Shown here in pieces: positions 62,933 through 64,000 of a DNA stretch of 64,000 bases. The stretch covers positions 608,001 to 672,000 of the forward strand of contig CAWDSK010000006.1 in assembly GCA_963804995.1 (NCBI GenBank). Reading direction: 5' to 3'. Made by a program: the position numbers and the translations under genes. Every line of letters begins with the position of its first letter. Position 1 is the stretch's first letter. A model generated the notes under the pieces. The model saw only the letters and a list, made by a program, of their open reading frames with translations, did no database searches and was not told the DNA's origin. The stretch comes from an uncultured Acidobacteriota bacterium. GTDB lineage: Bacteria; Acidobacteriota; Terriglobia; UBA7540.

Positions 62933-64000
62933 CACTCGTGTCCAAGACAAGTTTTTGGGGTGATGCGTGAACGGCACGGTTGCCCTCCTGCAACGGCGGC
63001 TTCAGAATGATGTTGCTGAAGCATCTCTGAACGCCATTGAGGAGGGCATCCCCATGGTACAAGTCGCAAGCCTGTTCAATCAACTGCTGCATCATTTTCC
63101 CCGCTTGGAGTTCGCGGCTCTGGTCAAGAAGCACAAAGCCGAGCGCGCCGCCAAAGGGTTCGATTGCTGGACGCAATTTGTCGCGATGTTATTCTGCCAA
63201 CTGGGCCATGCCGATTCCCTGCGCGAGATCTGCAACGGTTTGAGTTGCTGTCTCGGCAAGTTGGTGCATCTGGGCATCGCCCGGGCTCCCAATAAGTCAA
63301 CGTTGTCCTACGCCAACGAACATCGCCCCGCCGCGCTTTATCAGGAACTGTTCTATACGGTCCTGGAACGCTTCCGCACGCAGCCGCCACTGGGCGTTCG
63401 CAAGCGCACCTTCCGTTTCAAGAACAAGCTGCTCTCGCTCGATTCGACAACCATCTCCCTTTGCTTATCGCTCTTTCCCTGGGCGCAGTTCCGTCGCACC
63501 AAAGGCGGGGTTAAAGCGCATGTGCTCCTGGATCACGACAACTACCTGCCTCATTACGCTCTGCTCACCGCCGCCCGCGCCAGTGACGTGCGCATGGCCC
63601 ATCATTTTGATCTGCCCCCCGGATCGATCGTCGCCGTCGACCGCGGCTATAACGACTTCCGCCTCTTTGCCCGCTGGATCGCCGGCGGGGTGTACTTCGT
63701 CATTCGCCCCATGCACCACATGGTCTATGAAGTCATCGAGTCACGGCAACCGCCGCCGACCAGTAACATCCTTTCCGACGAGATCATCCGCTTCACCAGC
63801 AAGAAGGCTCAGCAAACCTTCAAGCACCCACTGCGCCGCGTCAGCGTCTGGGACCCGGTAAAGGAGCGCGAGATCGTGCTCGTGACCAATCACTTCAACT
63901 TCGGGGCGACGACCATCGCCAACATCTACAAGGACCGTTGGGAGATTGAACTCTTCTTCAAGGCGCTCAAGCAGAACCTCAAGATCAAGAGTTTCGTCGG
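62933..64000 (+). mobile_element. IS4-family insertion sequence, left part (runs off window)
   Basis: Putative left end cactcgtgtccaagacaag upstream of an IS4 transposase; right end not in window, so boundary unverified. Confidence 0.75.
63054..64000 (+). CDS. IS4-family transposase (partial)
   Basis: MVQVASLFNQLL, FCQLGHADSLREIC, STLSYAN, LDSTTI, VDRGY, YKDRWEIELFFKALKQ (YREK motif). Confidence 0.95.
   Translation, partial: MVQVASLFNQLLHHFPRLEFAALVKKHKAERAAKGFDCWTQFVAMLFCQLGHADSLREICNGLSCCLGKLVHLGIARAPNKSTLSYANEHRPAALYQELFYTVLERFRTQPPLGVRKRTFRFKNKLLSLDSTTISLCLSLFPWAQFRRTKGGVKAHVLLDHDNYLPHYALLTAARASDVRMAHHFDLPPGSIVAVDRGYNDFRLFARWIAGGVYFVIRPMHHMVYEVIESRQPPPTSNILSDEIIRFTSKKAQQTFKHPLRRVSVWDPVKEREIVLVTNHFNFGATTIANIYKDRWEIELFFKALKQNLKIKSFV

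Overview
GC-rich bacterial chromosomal window; gene content and repeat style suggest Acidobacteriota/Terriglobia (inference). 1-14.4 kb: YbhFSR-like ABC exporter, Tat-type glycoside-hydrolase-like protein, HpcH aldolase, polysaccharide deacetylase, FMN alpha-hydroxy-acid oxidase, an internally duplicated membrane protein and an M28 peptidase. 14.6-40.4 kb: two convergent, incomplete and partly complementary complex I clusters, (+) nuoCDHIJKLMN followed by atpZ/I-atpB-atpE and (-) nuoACDEFGHJKLMN. Neither cluster has nuoB. 40.5-53.3 kb: housekeeping and transport genes (thiS, LytS-type kinase, aqpZ, CMD, MFS, hydrolase, SirB1, proline dehydrogenase, trxB, ABC-2 pair, Gfo/Idh/MocA). 53.3-64 kb: accessory region with a Ser/Thr kinase-TPR gene split by an IS5 element, an MmeI-type Type IIL restriction-modification gene, an ORF-less class IIC group II intron, a Crp/Fnr gene and a partial IS4. 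The intron sits at the foot of a REP-like hairpin belonging to a collapsed REP-RAYT-REP locus. Intergenic DNA carries many palindromic and heptamer repeats. Six frameshifts and several conserved Asp->Asn changes fall on the same CTCGA(C/G) word; this is most likely a base-calling signature of DNA modification, so those genes are probably intact.
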